The notes under the pieces are model-generated. The model ran no database searches. It was not told the origin of the DNA and saw only the letters and a program-made list of their open reading frames with translations. This document shows, one piece after another, positions 10,433-20,463 of a DNA stretch of 64,000 nt. A program made the position numbers and the translations under genes. Position 1 is the first letter of the stretch. Each line of letters begins with the position of its first letter. The DNA is from Dehalococcoidia bacterium (GTDB lineage: Bacteria > Chloroflexota > Dehalococcoidia > Lucifugimonadales > UBA3495): positions 15,319 through 79,318 of the forward strand of contig DUCU01000066.1 in NCBI GenBank assembly GCA_012959605.1, read 5' to 3'.

Positions 10433-11671
10433 TTGCGGCGTATCAACTACAGTTGGGTGATTCTGGCTACTGGGTTCTTCATCCTATTCTTTAGCGGTGG
10501 CTCCAGGTTTGCGTTCGGCCTGATGCTTAAGCCCATGTCTGAAGACCTTGATGTCAGCCGGTCTACCCTCTCCCTGGCGGTGACCACTTTCATGGTGGTT
10601 TCGGCACTGGCGTTGCCTTTCGTGGGACGGTTGGTGGATAACTGGAGTTTGAAGCACACCATTGGCATCTCTGCCGTGTTGGGTGGTGTGGGCATCGGCT
10701 TGATGGGACAGGTGGACGCTGTCTGGCAGGTGTTCATCGTCTACGGAGTGATCTACGCCCTCGGTAACGCAGGGTCGTCTATATCACCTGTAACTGTGAT
10801 GATTAGCCGCTGGTTCCCCAATCGGCTCGGCATCGCTAGCAGTGGAGCCGTGGCAGGAAATGCGGTTGGACAGTTGTTTATAGTCGTGGCCCTGGCCGCA
10901 ATCTTGGTTTCTTTGGACTGGAGATGGTCGTTTAGAGTGCTGGGCATCGTCTATCTCGCCGTCATGGTGCCATTGGTTTACTTGGCAGTTAGAGACAAAC
11001 CGGCGGTCGAAAGTCAAACGTCGCATGACGTAATACGGCCGACAATCTCGCCTCCCAATTCAGTGCTTTCGTTGCGGCGGGCGTTGACCTCCAGGCAGTT
11101 GGTGTTATTGGCGGTCATTTATGGGATCTGCGGGATCCAAGACTTCTTCGTCGCGACCCACATCGTCGCATTTGCGCGTGACCAGGGAATGGGTCCGGTT
11201 CTATCGGGGAATATGCTGGCGCTCATGGGGTTAATGGGTTTGGTGGGAACGCTAGGATCCGGATTTCTGGCCGACAAATTTGGCGCGGTGCGGCCTACAA
11301 TCATTTGCTTCATGGTCCGCATGTCCATTTTTGCCCTCATCATCTTCGACCAGAGCACATCATCGATTATGGTGTTTGGGCTGCTCTACGGGCTCACATT
11401 CTTAGTGACCGCTCCGCTGACTGTGGTCTTCGTGGGTAACATCTTCGGCATGGCGCGGATGGGCACCCTAGCGGGGTCGATATCGATGGTGCACCAGATC
11501 TCCGGCGGCTTAGGGGCGTTCGTCGGAGCGTGGATCTTCGATAACCGTGGTAGTTACGACGATGCATTCAAGCTGATGCTGATATTGGCGGTGATCGCTG
11601 CAATTCTGACGCAGTTTATTCGTGAAAGGCCAGTAACTGAACCCCCTACTTCGTCGCCACTTGCACAATGA
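10433..11671 (+). CDS. MFS transporter
   Basis: 412 aa, about 12 predicted TM segments. It has a TTG start with GGAG 5 nt upstream. Its 3' end overlaps the convergent methyltransferase gene by 26 nt. Confidence 0.8.
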   Translation: MRRINYSWVILATGFFILFFSGGSRFAFGLMLKPMSEDLDVSRSTLSLAVTTFMVVSALALPFVGRLVDNWSLKHTIGISAVLGGVGIGLMGQVDAVWQVFIVYGVIYALGNAGSSISPVTVMISRWFPNRLGIASSGAVAGNAVGQLFIVVALAAILVSLDWRWSFRVLGIVYLAVMVPLVYLAVRDKPAVESQTSHDVIRPTISPPNSVLSLRRALTSRQLVLLAVIYGICGIQDFFVATHIVAFARDQGMGPVLSGNMLALMGLMGLVGTLGSGFLADKFGAVRPTIICFMVRMSIFALIIFDQSTSSIMVFGLLYGLTFLVTAPLTVVFVGNIFGMARMGTLAGSISMVHQISGGLGAFVGAWIFDNRGSYDDAFKLMLILAVIAAILTQFIRERPVTEPPTSSPLAQ

Positions 11672-12404
11672 AGTCTGGATCATAAAGATCGTATGACCCC
11701 TTGAAATCGCCGTAGCGGTCGACCTTTTGGAAACCAGTTTCATAAAGTAGGTTGGTTAAGTGATCTTGTCTGATTGGGCAGACTGTCAGGTGGTGTACTG
11801 AGCCGTCAGAATAGGAATACTGGAGCCGCACTTGCTCCTCGCTCACGGTCTCGGGTTGGACATCCACAGTTTCACCCAGGTAATACGACTGGTGTTTGCT
11901 GGAGAAACCCTTGTCTAGCATGGTGTCGTAGTTGCGGTGGTCGATTATTGCCACACCGTGGTTTTTCAGCAACCCGTAAATCTCCGCCAGCGCCTTGCGT
12001 CGTTCATCATCGTTGAACAAATGGGTGAAGGCGTTGCCGAGGCAGATAATGGCGTCGAATTTCTCGTCAGTGAATACGTCGGAAAGTGAGGTCCATTGGG
12101 CCTCCACCAGGCGGGCGTCTTTTTGTCCGAACCGCTCCGCATTCTCCATGGCTTTGCTGACCATGTTGGCCGAGCCGTCAGAACCAGTAACTTGGAAGCC
12201 AGTCAGTCTCAGATTGACCGTATGATAACCCGTACCGCAGGCAATATCCAACACAGTGTGGGCGCCGTTGTTATTCAAGATCGACTCAAAGAAACCGGCC
12301 TCGGAAGCGCGGCGTCTATCCCAATCGATCAACTCGTCCCAGCGGTCCACAAACTCTGTTGTGTACTCGCTGATGAATAGTTCTGAGTTGTTTTCTGGTT
12401 GCAT
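11646..12404 (-). CDS. gsmt: glycine/sarcosine N-methyltransferase (GSMT-like)
   Basis: Matches recalled halophile GSMTs: FVDRWDELIDW, VLDIACGTGYH, AIICLGNAFTHLF..DERRKALAEIY, IIDHRNYD..LDKGFSSKHQSYY, GFQKVDRYGDF..DPDFIVQVATK. I use ATG 12404 (11 nt after the upstream stop) rather than the ORF-track 12452, which would overlap the upstream gene. Confidence 0.75.
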   Translation of the reverse strand: MQPENNSELFISEYTTEFVDRWDELIDWDRRRASEAGFFESILNNNGAHTVLDIACGTGYHTVNLRLTGFQVTGSDGSANMVSKAMENAERFGQKDARLVEAQWTSLSDVFTDEKFDAIICLGNAFTHLFNDDERRKALAEIYGLLKNHGVAIIDHRNYDTMLDKGFSSKHQSYYLGETVDVQPETVSEEQVRLQYSYSDGSVHHLTVCPIRQDHLTNLLYETGFQKVDRYGDFKGSYDLYDPDFIVQVATK

Positions 12405-12415
12405 AGCCCCCAAGT

Positions 12416-13252
12416 CTAGACTGAAGGTTTTTGGGCGACGAACATCGCCCAACCAATCTTACCTGCATTTGCGGCTTCAACCCAGAAGCCCAGGGCATCC
12501 ACCGTGCCATCAACCGTTGTTTCGTCGACCAACTTCAATAATTCGGTGCGGTTTTGCAGAACTTGATCTCGCACCCATCCATAGGACCGGGCCACGTGTT
12601 CCGACCAGTCCTCCGATCGCCCGACTTTAAACCCCAATTTCGTGAGCGCTTGCTGATAATCTGGCAGGTCCCACATGTCCGGTGATTTGACGCGGTCATA
12701 TATACGGTCTCGGTCGGCCTGGGGAGTACCGGCGCGCACCAGGATATCAGTGAACACCAACGTCCCGCCCGGCTCCAGAACTCTAAGGCACTCGGACAAG
12801 ATTAAAGCCTTGTCAGCGCCGTGCAAAAAAGCCTCTTGGCTCCAGATAATGTCGAACGAGCCATCAGCGTACTTTAGCTGGTGAAAGTCGCCGTATTCGA
12901 AGTTCAGCAGGTTTTCTAGACCGGCCTGCGAAGTGCGTTCCGCAGCCAGGTCCAGTTCCTTCTGGCTGATGTTGGTGGCAGTGACGTGGCAGCCGTACTC
13001 AGAAGCTAGATAGCGGGCCGTTGATCCGTAACCGCACCCCAGGTCCAAAACTTTGGTTTCGGGCTTGAGATTCACCGCCTGGGCCATGATTTCGTTGGTG
13101 TGCTCCATGGCTTCGGGGTGAGGGCACTCATCCCTGCAGGGCACGCCCAAATGCAAGTTGTCGCCCCAGATGGTGCGGTAGATCTGGTCTGCTGGGCCGT
13201 CATAGTAGGCTTTGGTGCTAGAAACGATCGCTTCTGTGTCTTTGTTAGTCAT
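12416..13252 (-). CDS. sdmt: sarcosine/dimethylglycine N-methyltransferase (SDMT-like)
   Basis: 278 aa with AYYDGPADQIYRTIWGDNLHLG, KVLDLGCGYGSTARYLA, IIWSQEAFLH, LVFTDIL and a C-terminal NAGKIGWAMFVAQKP. The architecture matches recalled SDMT/DMT enzymes. Confidence 0.7.
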   Translation of the reverse strand: MTNKDTEAIVSSTKAYYDGPADQIYRTIWGDNLHLGVPCRDECPHPEAMEHTNEIMAQAVNLKPETKVLDLGCGYGSTARYLASEYGCHVTATNISQKELDLAAERTSQAGLENLLNFEYGDFHQLKYADGSFDIIWSQEAFLHGADKALILSECLRVLEPGGTLVFTDILVRAGTPQADRDRIYDRVKSPDMWDLPDYQQALTKLGFKVGRSEDWSEHVARSYGWVRDQVLQNRTELLKLVDETTVDGTVDALGFWVEAANAGKIGWAMFVAQKPSV

Positions 13253-13276
13253 TGGTTCAGCCTACCTGGTATTGGC

Positions 13277-14128
13277 TTAGTGAAAGAGCTGGCCGCCATT
13301 AACATTGTAGGCCTGGCCGGTGATGAAAGAGGCGTCCTCGCCCGCCAGAAATGCCACCATATTTGCCACATCCTGAGATTCGGCAATGCGACCCAGCGGC
13401 GTATTCTGGGAGGAACTGGCCACGATCTGGCCCCTGAACTCTTCCTGAGTGATGCCCCTTTCGGCGGCCTGATCGCGCTCCCAATAACTCATACGGTCGG
13501 TGTTGATGGGTCCGGGACAAACCGCATTTACGGTGATGTTGTGGGGCGCCAGGTCCATGGCTGAGGCCTGGGTCAGGCCGATGACGGCGAACTTGGATGT
13601 CGAGTAAGCCGCTCCGTTGGCGCTGGCCTGCTTGCCGGCGTTGGAGGCGATGTTGATGATGCGACCTCCGTTACCGGCATCGATCATGTGGCGAGCCGCA
13701 AACTTGGTGGCCAGGAACACAGCAGTGGTATTGATGGACAGAAAATGGTCCCAAACTTCTTTATCCAACTCTGTAACCGGCACTTTGTCCTTGCCGATGA
13801 TCGCCCGAGCGTTGTTGACCAGAATATCTATACGACCAAACTTGGCGATGGTGTCTGCCACCATCCGTTCTATCTGCGCCGGGTCTGACAGGTCGCAGTA
13901 GATTGGTAAAGCGATGCGGCCCAACGCCTGGACTTCTTCGGAGACAGTTTCAATCCCTCCCCATTCTTCGCGGACCTCGGCCGGCGGCAAATCTGAAACC
14001 TCACGGCGAACGTCGGATAGGGCGATATCTGCGCCCTGTCCGGCAAGTTTCATTACAGTCGCCCGACCCACGCCGCGCATACCGCCGGCGCCGGTGATCA
14101 ATACTACTTTTCCGTCTAATCCAGGCAT
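13277..14128 (-). CDS. SDR-family oxidoreductase
   Basis: 283 aa with TGAGGMRGVGRA (Rossmann), NNA and YSTSKFAV (catalytic YxxxK). It lies 24 nt upstream of SDMT on the same strand. GGAGG precedes the ATG. Confidence 0.85.
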   Translation of the reverse strand: MPGLDGKVVLITGAGGMRGVGRATVMKLAGQGADIALSDVRREVSDLPPAEVREEWGGIETVSEEVQALGRIALPIYCDLSDPAQIERMVADTIAKFGRIDILVNNARAIIGKDKVPVTELDKEVWDHFLSINTTAVFLATKFAARHMIDAGNGGRIINIASNAGKQASANGAAYSTSKFAVIGLTQASAMDLAPHNITVNAVCPGPINTDRMSYWERDQAAERGITQEEFRGQIVASSSQNTPLGRIAESQDVANMVAFLAGEDASFITGQAYNVNGGQLFH

Positions 14129-14147
14129 TGGGCCTCCAGAAATTAAC

Positions 14148-14166
14148 TAATACTTAATCAGTATTA
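14148..14166. promoter_or_regulatory. candidate operator: inverted repeat TAATACT-N5-AGTATTA
   Basis: A perfect 7-bp inverted repeat lies about 20 nt upstream of the SDR start. It is just downstream of a weak minus-strand promoter-like TTGAAT-17-TAAACT. Confidence 0.25.
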
Positions 14167-14310
14167 ACGTCAGGCCAGTTTAATCGACCGTTCAGGTCAA
14201 TTCAACGCCAAGCCGGCATGTGCACTTCCGAAAGAATCGTATATCGTATAATGCGTCAACCCGTAAACCTGATCTCTATTTAGTCCGGTTTTGTTTTAAT
14301 GGAGTGAATC

Positions 14311-15852
14311 ATGAGTACCTCGATAATTCGCGGCAAGTATGTCATCTGTGAAGCTGGCACAGACGCCCAGGCCAGCCGGGTGATCTCGGATGGGGCGGTT
14401 TTTCAGCGAGATGGAATCATTGAGGCTGTGGGGCCTTATGAAGAGCTCAAATCAACCCACCAAGCGGACGAAGAACTGGGTGGACCTGGCTTTGTGGTGA
14501 TGCCGGGGCTGGTTAACGCTCATCACCACGGGCGGGGAGTCACCACCTTTCAGAACGGGTGTATCGACGACTGTTTGGAGACCTGGATTCTGTCCGGCTG
14601 GGGTCGTCGCCCCTACGACCATTATCTGATGACCCTCTACACTTCAATCCTGATGATTGAGTCCGGAACCACCACGACCATGTATAACCACGCCCAGACC
14701 CCGGCAATCGGACTTAACGATGACGTGTCTGAAGTCCTGCGCGGTTTCGCTGATTCGGGCATGCGCACTGCTTTCTCGGTGTACTTCAGAGAGCGCAATC
14801 GGGTGGTGTACCAAGACGACGACCAATTCATGTCCAGCTTGCCTGCAGACCTCTCTACATCGCTGCGGAAGTTCCTGGCAGCGGTGGACCTTTCTGAAGA
14901 AGATTATTTTTCCGTTTTCAGGGGTTTGCACCAGCAATACTCGGGCGATGCCTATTCGAAGGTGACCGTGCTGCTCAGCCCCAGCAACGTACATTGGGTG
15001 TCGGACGATTTCTTGCTCCGCATCAAAGAAGAGGCCACCCGTACCAACTCGGCAATCCACATACATCTGGTGGAAAGCCCGTACCAGAAAGAATACGGAC
15101 TGCGCACCTGGGGACACACCCCGGTCAAACACCTGAACACTCTGGGGTTTCTGGGGCCTGAGGTGTCCTGTGCCCATTCCGTGTGGCTGACCGACCAAGA
15201 CATCGACATCATGGCCCAAACTGGCGCGACCGTCTGTCACAACCCCAGCTCCAATCTCCGGTTGAAGAACGGTATTTCGCCAGTAAATGCGCTGCTGGGA
15301 AAGGGCGTGAATGTTGCCTTGGGTACCGACAGCACCGCTATCAACGATGACGATGACATGATTCAGGAAATGCGTCTGGCCGCGAAACTGCACCGCCAAC
15401 CAGGGCTGGACCAACCGGCGCTGAGTTCCCACCAAGCGCTGCGCATGGCCACCACCAACGGGGCTAGACCCACATCTCTACAAGACAAGATCGGCACACT
15501 GGAGACTGGCCGCTTCGCAGACCTCGTGCTTCTGAATCTAAACGCCATGACCGAGCCCTACACGGATGACGGCCTCGATGTGGTGGACCTACTCCTATAC
15601 CGGGGCAAGGCCATCCACGTAGACACAGTCATGATCCAAGGCGAAGTGGTGGTCAAAGACGGGAGGTTCATCAAGATGGACCGGGCAGAAGTACTGCGTG
15701 AAATCAAAGAGCAGTTTGCCCGTCCAATGGAGGGACAAGCGCTAGAGGCAAAGAAACTCGCCAATGGGTTAACTCCGTTCGTTGAAGAATTTTATAAAGA
15801 CTGGGGCAAGGCTGACGTTGCACCGCACTACGGCTACAACAGCCGGGTTTAG
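14311..15852 (+). CDS. metal-dependent amidohydrolase (cytosine/guanine/MTA-deaminase or chlorohydrolase-like superfamily)
   Basis: 513 aa with PGLVNAHHHG (HxH metal site), IHIHLVES, CAHSVWL and ALGTDS. The substrate cannot be assigned. Confidence 0.75.
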   Translation: MSTSIIRGKYVICEAGTDAQASRVISDGAVFQRDGIIEAVGPYEELKSTHQADEELGGPGFVVMPGLVNAHHHGRGVTTFQNGCIDDCLETWILSGWGRRPYDHYLMTLYTSILMIESGTTTTMYNHAQTPAIGLNDDVSEVLRGFADSGMRTAFSVYFRERNRVVYQDDDQFMSSLPADLSTSLRKFLAAVDLSEEDYFSVFRGLHQQYSGDAYSKVTVLLSPSNVHWVSDDFLLRIKEEATRTNSAIHIHLVESPYQKEYGLRTWGHTPVKHLNTLGFLGPEVSCAHSVWLTDQDIDIMAQTGATVCHNPSSNLRLKNGISPVNALLGKGVNVALGTDSTAINDDDDMIQEMRLAAKLHRQPGLDQPALSSHQALRMATTNGARPTSLQDKIGTLETGRFADLVLLNLNAMTEPYTDDGLDVVDLLLYRGKAIHVDTVMIQGEVVVKDGRFIKMDRAEVLREIKEQFARPMEGQALEAKKLANGLTPFVEEFYKDWGKADVAPHYGYNSRV

Positions 15853-15979
15853 TATTCAATTAGATTCTGGCTCCGACCGGCTATTCCTGTGGTAGTATTG
15901 TTGCGACTGTCAGGCGTGGCAATCTCTGCGCCAGGCGTCCTCATCAGAATAAATTTTCGTTGGCAGGAGGGAACTCATC

Positions 15980-16855
15980 ATGGCCACGGTAGGAAGCGGC
16001 AAATACACTTACGAATACGTCCCCAACTGGGCAAAGATGCCCGATGGTCAGCTAATGGGCACGGCCAGTGCGGTGGCAACCGACTCCCAAGACAGGGTCT
16101 ACGTCTTCCAGCGCACCAACCCGCCGGTGCTGGTCTTTGACCGCGAAGGCAATTTCCTGAATTCCTGGGGCGAGGGGATGTTCACCGACCCCCACGGCAT
16201 TTTCATCAAGGACGACATTTGCTATCTCACCGATCGTGAGGGCTCTATCGCCATGAAGACCACACTGGACGGCACACCGTTGCTGTCCATCGGCACCAAA
16301 GGCGAGTACTCGGACACCGGCTGCGAAAAGGCCGGCGACGTTTGCCCTCGGTCTGCTGGGCCTTTCAACTACATAACCGAGATGGTGCCTGCGCCCAATG
16401 GCGATCTTTACATCTCCGACGGCTACCGTAACGCCCGCGTGCACCGGTTCTCTGCCGCCGGTGACTTGATCTCGTCCTGGGGCAAGCCCGGCAAGGGCGG
16501 CCCCAACGAGTTCCACCTTCCTCACAGCTTGGTGGTGGCCGACAACGGCAACATCTACCTGTGCGACCGCGAGAACAGCCGCGTGCAGGTGTTCTCTCCT
16601 GACGGTGAGTACATCACCATGTGGACTGATATGATGCGTCCCTTGGATATCTCCATCGACAGTGAGGGCATCTTCTACACGTCAGAGCGCCCCGACGACA
16701 CCAACCCTGCTCAGATGAGCGTGTTGGACGGCGATGGAAAGGTCTTGGAGCGCTTCGAGTGCATCTCCGCCCACGGATCATGGGTGGACGCCCATGGCGA
16801 TCTGTACCTCTCACTGGGCGCTGAAAAAAGCGTCGACAAGTACGTCCGCATCTAA
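15980..16855 (+). CDS. NHL-repeat beta-propeller, peptidyl-alpha-hydroxyglycine alpha-amidating lyase (PAL)-like
   Basis: 291 aa. FHLPHSLVVADNGNIYLCDRENSRVQVF resembles the recalled PAL segment (PHSLA..CVADRENGRIQCF). Repeated DG..Y(I/L)(S/C)D blades are present, and no signal peptide. Confidence 0.65.
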   Translation: MATVGSGKYTYEYVPNWAKMPDGQLMGTASAVATDSQDRVYVFQRTNPPVLVFDREGNFLNSWGEGMFTDPHGIFIKDDICYLTDREGSIAMKTTLDGTPLLSIGTKGEYSDTGCEKAGDVCPRSAGPFNYITEMVPAPNGDLYISDGYRNARVHRFSAAGDLISSWGKPGKGGPNEFHLPHSLVVADNGNIYLCDRENSRVQVFSPDGEYITMWTDMMRPLDISIDSEGIFYTSERPDDTNPAQMSVLDGDGKVLERFECISAHGSWVDAHGDLYLSLGAEKSVDKYVRI

Positions 16856-16879
16856 ACCAACAGCAACCGCGACCAAACT

Positions 16880-16916
16880 AAGGGCATCCCGGTATGTTTG
16901 GGATGCCCTTATTTAT
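16880..16916 (+). terminator. intrinsic terminator after the PAL-like gene
   Basis: AAGGGCATCCC (16880..16890) pairs with GGGATGCCCTT (16900..16910), followed by ATTTAT. Confidence 0.65.
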
Positions 16917-16950
16917 CAAATAAAGACCTGATGTCGAACAGAGTGACCTG

Positions 16951-18576
16951 ATGGCCAAAGAAACAAACAGCAAGCCCAATCGCAGCCTCTCAGGCCTAGA
17001 AGTGAAGCCGGTCTACACTCCAGAAGACTTGGCCAATACCGATTTTGTCCGTGACCTGGGTCAACCCGGCGAGTTCCCATTCACCCGTGGCCCCTATCCC
17101 AATATGTACCTGGGTCGACTCTGGACCAGGCGTCAGATTGCAGGATTCGGCACCGCCCAGGCCACCAACGAACGGTACAGATTCCTGCTGGACCACGGTC
17201 AGAACGGCATCAGCACCGACTTTGATCACCCAACCCTGACCGGCTACGACTCGGACCACGACCTAGCTGAGGGTGAGGTTGGCCGTCTGGGTGTCGCGAT
17301 AGACTCGGTCCAAGATATGGATGACCTGTTCCTGGATATACCGCTGGACAAGGTCAGCGTGTCTCTGACCATCAACCACCCGGCCATCGTGTTAATGGGC
17401 ATGTTCTTGTCGGTCTCCGAGAAGCGAGGCGTTGACTGGAAGGCCCTGCGCGGTACAGTGCAAAACGACTCGTTGAAAGAATTCCACGGCCAAAAGACCT
17501 TTGCCTTGGGGCCAGGGCCGTCACTCAAGCTGACCACCGACATTGTGGAGTTCTGTACCAAACAGGTGCCCAACTGGTACACAATCTCGATCTCGGGCTA
17601 CCACATCCGCGAGAGCGGATCAGATGCTATCCAAGAACTCGCGTTCACCATTGCCCAGGGTATGGCCTACGTTGAGTCGGCCCTAGAACGAGGACTGCCT
17701 GTGGACAGCTTTGCGCCCAGGTTGTCGTTCTTCTTTGGCTGCCACAATGACGTATTTGAAGAGGTTGCAAAGTTCCGGGCCGCACGACGCATGTGGGCCC
17801 GAATCATGAAGGAACGCTACAACGCCCAGAAACCAGAGTCCATGCGGCTGCGGTTCCACACCCAGACCCTTGGCTCAACGCTCATGCGGCAAGACCCGCA
17901 AAATAACATCGCCCGAGGCACTTTGCAGGCACTGGCCGCAGTGCTGGGCGGGACACAATCTCTCCACGTCAGCGGGTTCGACGAAGCCTTTGACATTCCC
18001 TCAGAAGAAGCCATGCGTATGTCCCTGGCCACACAATTGATCCTCTCCCACGAGTCCGGCGTGACCAACACCGTTGACCCGATGGCCGGCTCCTATTTCA
18101 TGGAGAGCATGACCAACGACATTGAAGAAGCCGCCTGGGAATACATCTCCAAAATTGAGGCGTTGGGAGAGGGGCAGTACCAGATAAAGTCAGGCCTGCT
18201 CCACGCGATTGACACCGGCTACATCGAGCTTGAGATTGCCCGCTCGGCCTACGAGTACCAACTCAAGATCGAAAGTGGTGAGCAGGTGGTGGTCGGATTA
18301 AACCAGTACCAATCAGAGAGCAACCAAAAACTGGAGCTTTTCCAGTTCGACCCCGAAGAAGAGGAATGGCAGAAGGGACGGCTGGCGGAGATTCGCGGTG
18401 GCCGCAGTCCGGCAGATGTGAAGTCGGCGCTCGCCTCGCTGAAACAAGACGCTCAAGATGATAAGAACTTGATGCCAGCCGTTTTGGCGGCAGTAGGTGC
18501 CATGGCCACAGAGGGCGAGATTCTAGACACCATGCGCGACATCTACGGCGAGTACGTAGACCCGGGGGTGTTTTAG
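16951..18576 (+). CDS. B12-dependent acyl-CoA mutase large (substrate-binding) subunit, HcmA-like
   Basis: 541 aa with [63 protein letters not shown], the methylmalonyl-CoA mutase TIM-barrel family. It has Ile63 (17137..17139) and Asp90 (17218..17220) at the specificity positions (see findings). Confidence 0.85.
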   Translation: MAKETNSKPNRSLSGLEVKPVYTPEDLANTDFVRDLGQPGEFPFTRGPYPNMYLGRLWTRRQIAGFGTAQATNERYRFLLDHGQNGISTDFDHPTLTGYDSDHDLAEGEVGRLGVAIDSVQDMDDLFLDIPLDKVSVSLTINHPAIVLMGMFLSVSEKRGVDWKALRGTVQNDSLKEFHGQKTFALGPGPSLKLTTDIVEFCTKQVPNWYTISISGYHIRESGSDAIQELAFTIAQGMAYVESALERGLPVDSFAPRLSFFFGCHNDVFEEVAKFRAARRMWARIMKERYNAQKPESMRLRFHTQTLGSTLMRQDPQNNIARGTLQALAAVLGGTQSLHVSGFDEAFDIPSEEAMRMSLATQLILSHESGVTNTVDPMAGSYFMESMTNDIEEAAWEYISKIEALGEGQYQIKSGLLHAIDTGYIELEIARSAYEYQLKIESGEQVVVGLNQYQSESNQKLELFQFDPEEEEWQKGRLAEIRGGRSPADVKSALASLKQDAQDDKNLMPAVLAAVGAMATEGEILDTMRDIYGEYVDPGVF

Positions 18577-18578
18577 CC

Positions 18579-19004
18579 GTGACTCAGCAAACAAACATCA
18601 AAGTCCTGTTGGCCAAGATTGGTCTGGACGGGCACGACCGCGGCATCAAAGTCATCGCCAGAGCCATGCGCGACGCGGGCATGGAAGTTGTTTACATGGG
18701 CATGCGGGTCACGCCAGATCAGATAGCTCAAACGGCGTTGCAAGAAGATGTCGATGTCGTGGGTATCAGTATCCTGTCTGGTGCTCACATGCGGCTGATT
18801 CCCCGCCTGACCAAGGCGCTGCAAGAAAGGGAAATCAGCAATGATATTCTCCTGATGGTCGGTGGCACCATTCCCGAAGACGACGTTGAGCCGTTACACG
18901 AACTTGGCGTACAGGGTGTCTTTCCCGTGGGCAGCTTCACCACTTCCATGACCGAATTCATCACCGAAAACATCAGCCGAGGCCGTTCCGCGCCGCAAGC
19001 TTAA
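18579..19004 (+). CDS. acyl-CoA mutase small subunit, cobalamin-binding domain (HcmB/IcmB-like)
   Basis: 141 aa. It has a GTG start 2 nt after the upstream stop, and [18 protein letters not shown] contains the DxHxxG B12-binding motif. Confidence 0.85.
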   Translation: MTQQTNIKVLLAKIGLDGHDRGIKVIARAMRDAGMEVVYMGMRVTPDQIAQTALQEDVDVVGISILSGAHMRLIPRLTKALQEREISNDILLMVGGTIPEDDVEPLHELGVQGVFPVGSFTTSMTEFITENISRGRSAPQA

Positions 19005-19028
19005 TCCCCAATCAGAGAGACCGCACCT

Positions 19029-20429
19029 ATGCAATGGCCTCCCAAATACCCCGATAACTATCGCCCAGATTCGGATCAGGAATACTGGTCTCCTGAACTG
19101 GAGACTATGCCGACTGCCGAACGGGACCAACACATTCTGGCCAAGCTGCAATCCCAGGTGCGTTACGCCTACCAGAACTCCGGCTTCTACAAAGAATTCT
19201 ACAAAGATCTGCCCGTAGACCCGGCCAACCTCCAGAGCTTGGAAGAATTTGAGCAGTTGCCGATCCTCACAAAAGAAAACATCCGCCACGAACAGGAACA
19301 ACACCCACCCTACGGACGGTTCCTCTGCGTGACTCCAGAAGAGATTTTTCGCATTCACGGCACTTCGGGCACCACCGGACGCCCCACCGTGTTCGGCATC
19401 AGCAATGACGACTGGGATCGCATTGGCGAGGCCCATGCCCGTATCCTCTGGGGCGCAGGACTCAGAAAAGACGACACAGTGATGGTAGCCGCTGTCTTCA
19501 GCCTGTACGTGGGTAGCTGGGGTGCCTTGGTCGGCGCAGAACGGTTGGGGGCTACCTGCTTTCCCTTTGGCAGCGGCGCGCCTGGGCAGACGGAGCGTGC
19601 CGTTGAGTGGTGCAAAATGGTAAAGCCATCAGCCCTCTATGCCACGCCGTCTTATGCCCTCTATCTAGCCGAGACCGCAAGGCAGATGGGGTTCGACCCC
19701 AAAGAAGACTTTGGCTTTAGGTTCATGTTCTTCTCGGGCGAGCCTGGGGCCAGCGTACCGGCCACCCGACGCCTAATTGAAGAAACCTTTGGTTGCTATA
19801 TAGTCGACCAGGGCAGCATGGCCGAGATGACACCCTGGATGAGCAACTCGGGCTGCCGCCATCTGGACGGAGGAATGCACCTGTGGCAAGACATTGTCTA
19901 CACGGAGATGGTCGACCCTCAGACCAAGTTGAACCTGGCAATGGGCGAGGAGGGAGTACCGGTCTATTCCCACACAGAACGGACCTCACAGCCGATGATT
20001 CGCTATTGGTCAGGAGACATTGCCCGGTGGGACATGGTGGACTGCCCATGCGGCCGCACCTACCCAACTCTGGTCACCGGCATCTACGGAAGAGTCGATG
20101 ACATGATCATAGTTCGAGGCCAGAACGTGTTCCCATCACGCATCGAAGACGTGCTCCGGAGCATGGACGAATTTGGCGGAGAGTTCCGCTTGGTGCTGGA
20201 ACGGGAGACCGGACAGATGGACCGGCTAACCGTGCAGGCAGAAGTGGTTGCTGAAGCCTACGCCTCCCAGGAGTTCAACCCGACGGAGTTGGAGCAGATA
20301 CGAGAACGGTTCACCGCAGAGCTACGCCGCGCCATTGGCGTCAGCGTTACCGTGCAACTGAAGCCTGCTGGTGAGTTTGAGCGGACCCAGTTCAAAGCCC
20401 GCCGCATCATCGACCTGCGCACTCCCTAA
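19029..20429 (+). CDS. PaaK-type (phenylacetate-CoA ligase family) acyl-CoA ligase
   Basis: 466 aa with HGTSGTTGRPTVF (P-loop-like AMP motif), FSGEPG and GRVDDMIIVRGQNVFP, typical of the PaaK/F390-synthetase clade. Confidence 0.8.
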   Translation: MQWPPKYPDNYRPDSDQEYWSPELETMPTAERDQHILAKLQSQVRYAYQNSGFYKEFYKDLPVDPANLQSLEEFEQLPILTKENIRHEQEQHPPYGRFLCVTPEEIFRIHGTSGTTGRPTVFGISNDDWDRIGEAHARILWGAGLRKDDTVMVAAVFSLYVGSWGALVGAERLGATCFPFGSGAPGQTERAVEWCKMVKPSALYATPSYALYLAETARQMGFDPKEDFGFRFMFFSGEPGASVPATRRLIEETFGCYIVDQGSMAEMTPWMSNSGCRHLDGGMHLWQDIVYTEMVDPQTKLNLAMGEEGVPVYSHTERTSQPMIRYWSGDIARWDMVDCPCGRTYPTLVTGIYGRVDDMIIVRGQNVFPSRIEDVLRSMDEFGGEFRLVLERETGQMDRLTVQAEVVAEAYASQEFNPTELEQIRERFTAELRRAIGVSVTVQLKPAGEFERTQFKARRIIDLRTP

Positions 20430-20463
20430 TACCCTTTTCTAGATTCAGAACAGGGGCGAGAAA

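Noticed and set aside
14644-15435. Long antisense ORFs inside genuine genes (for example the 263-aa ORF opposite the amidohydrolase, 20551..21030, 59926..60474, and many others in the track)
   Set aside because: Their translations are Arg/Gly/Pro-rich and low-complexity, with no motifs or RBS. They fully overlap well-supported genes, which is a typical artefact of GC-rich third positions.
16925-16953. Direct repeat GACCTGATG x2 creating a 6-codon uORF (MSNRVT) whose TGA overlaps the mutase ATG
   Set aside because: There is no Shine-Dalgarno for the uORF, it is very short, and nothing supports function. It is likely coincidental.
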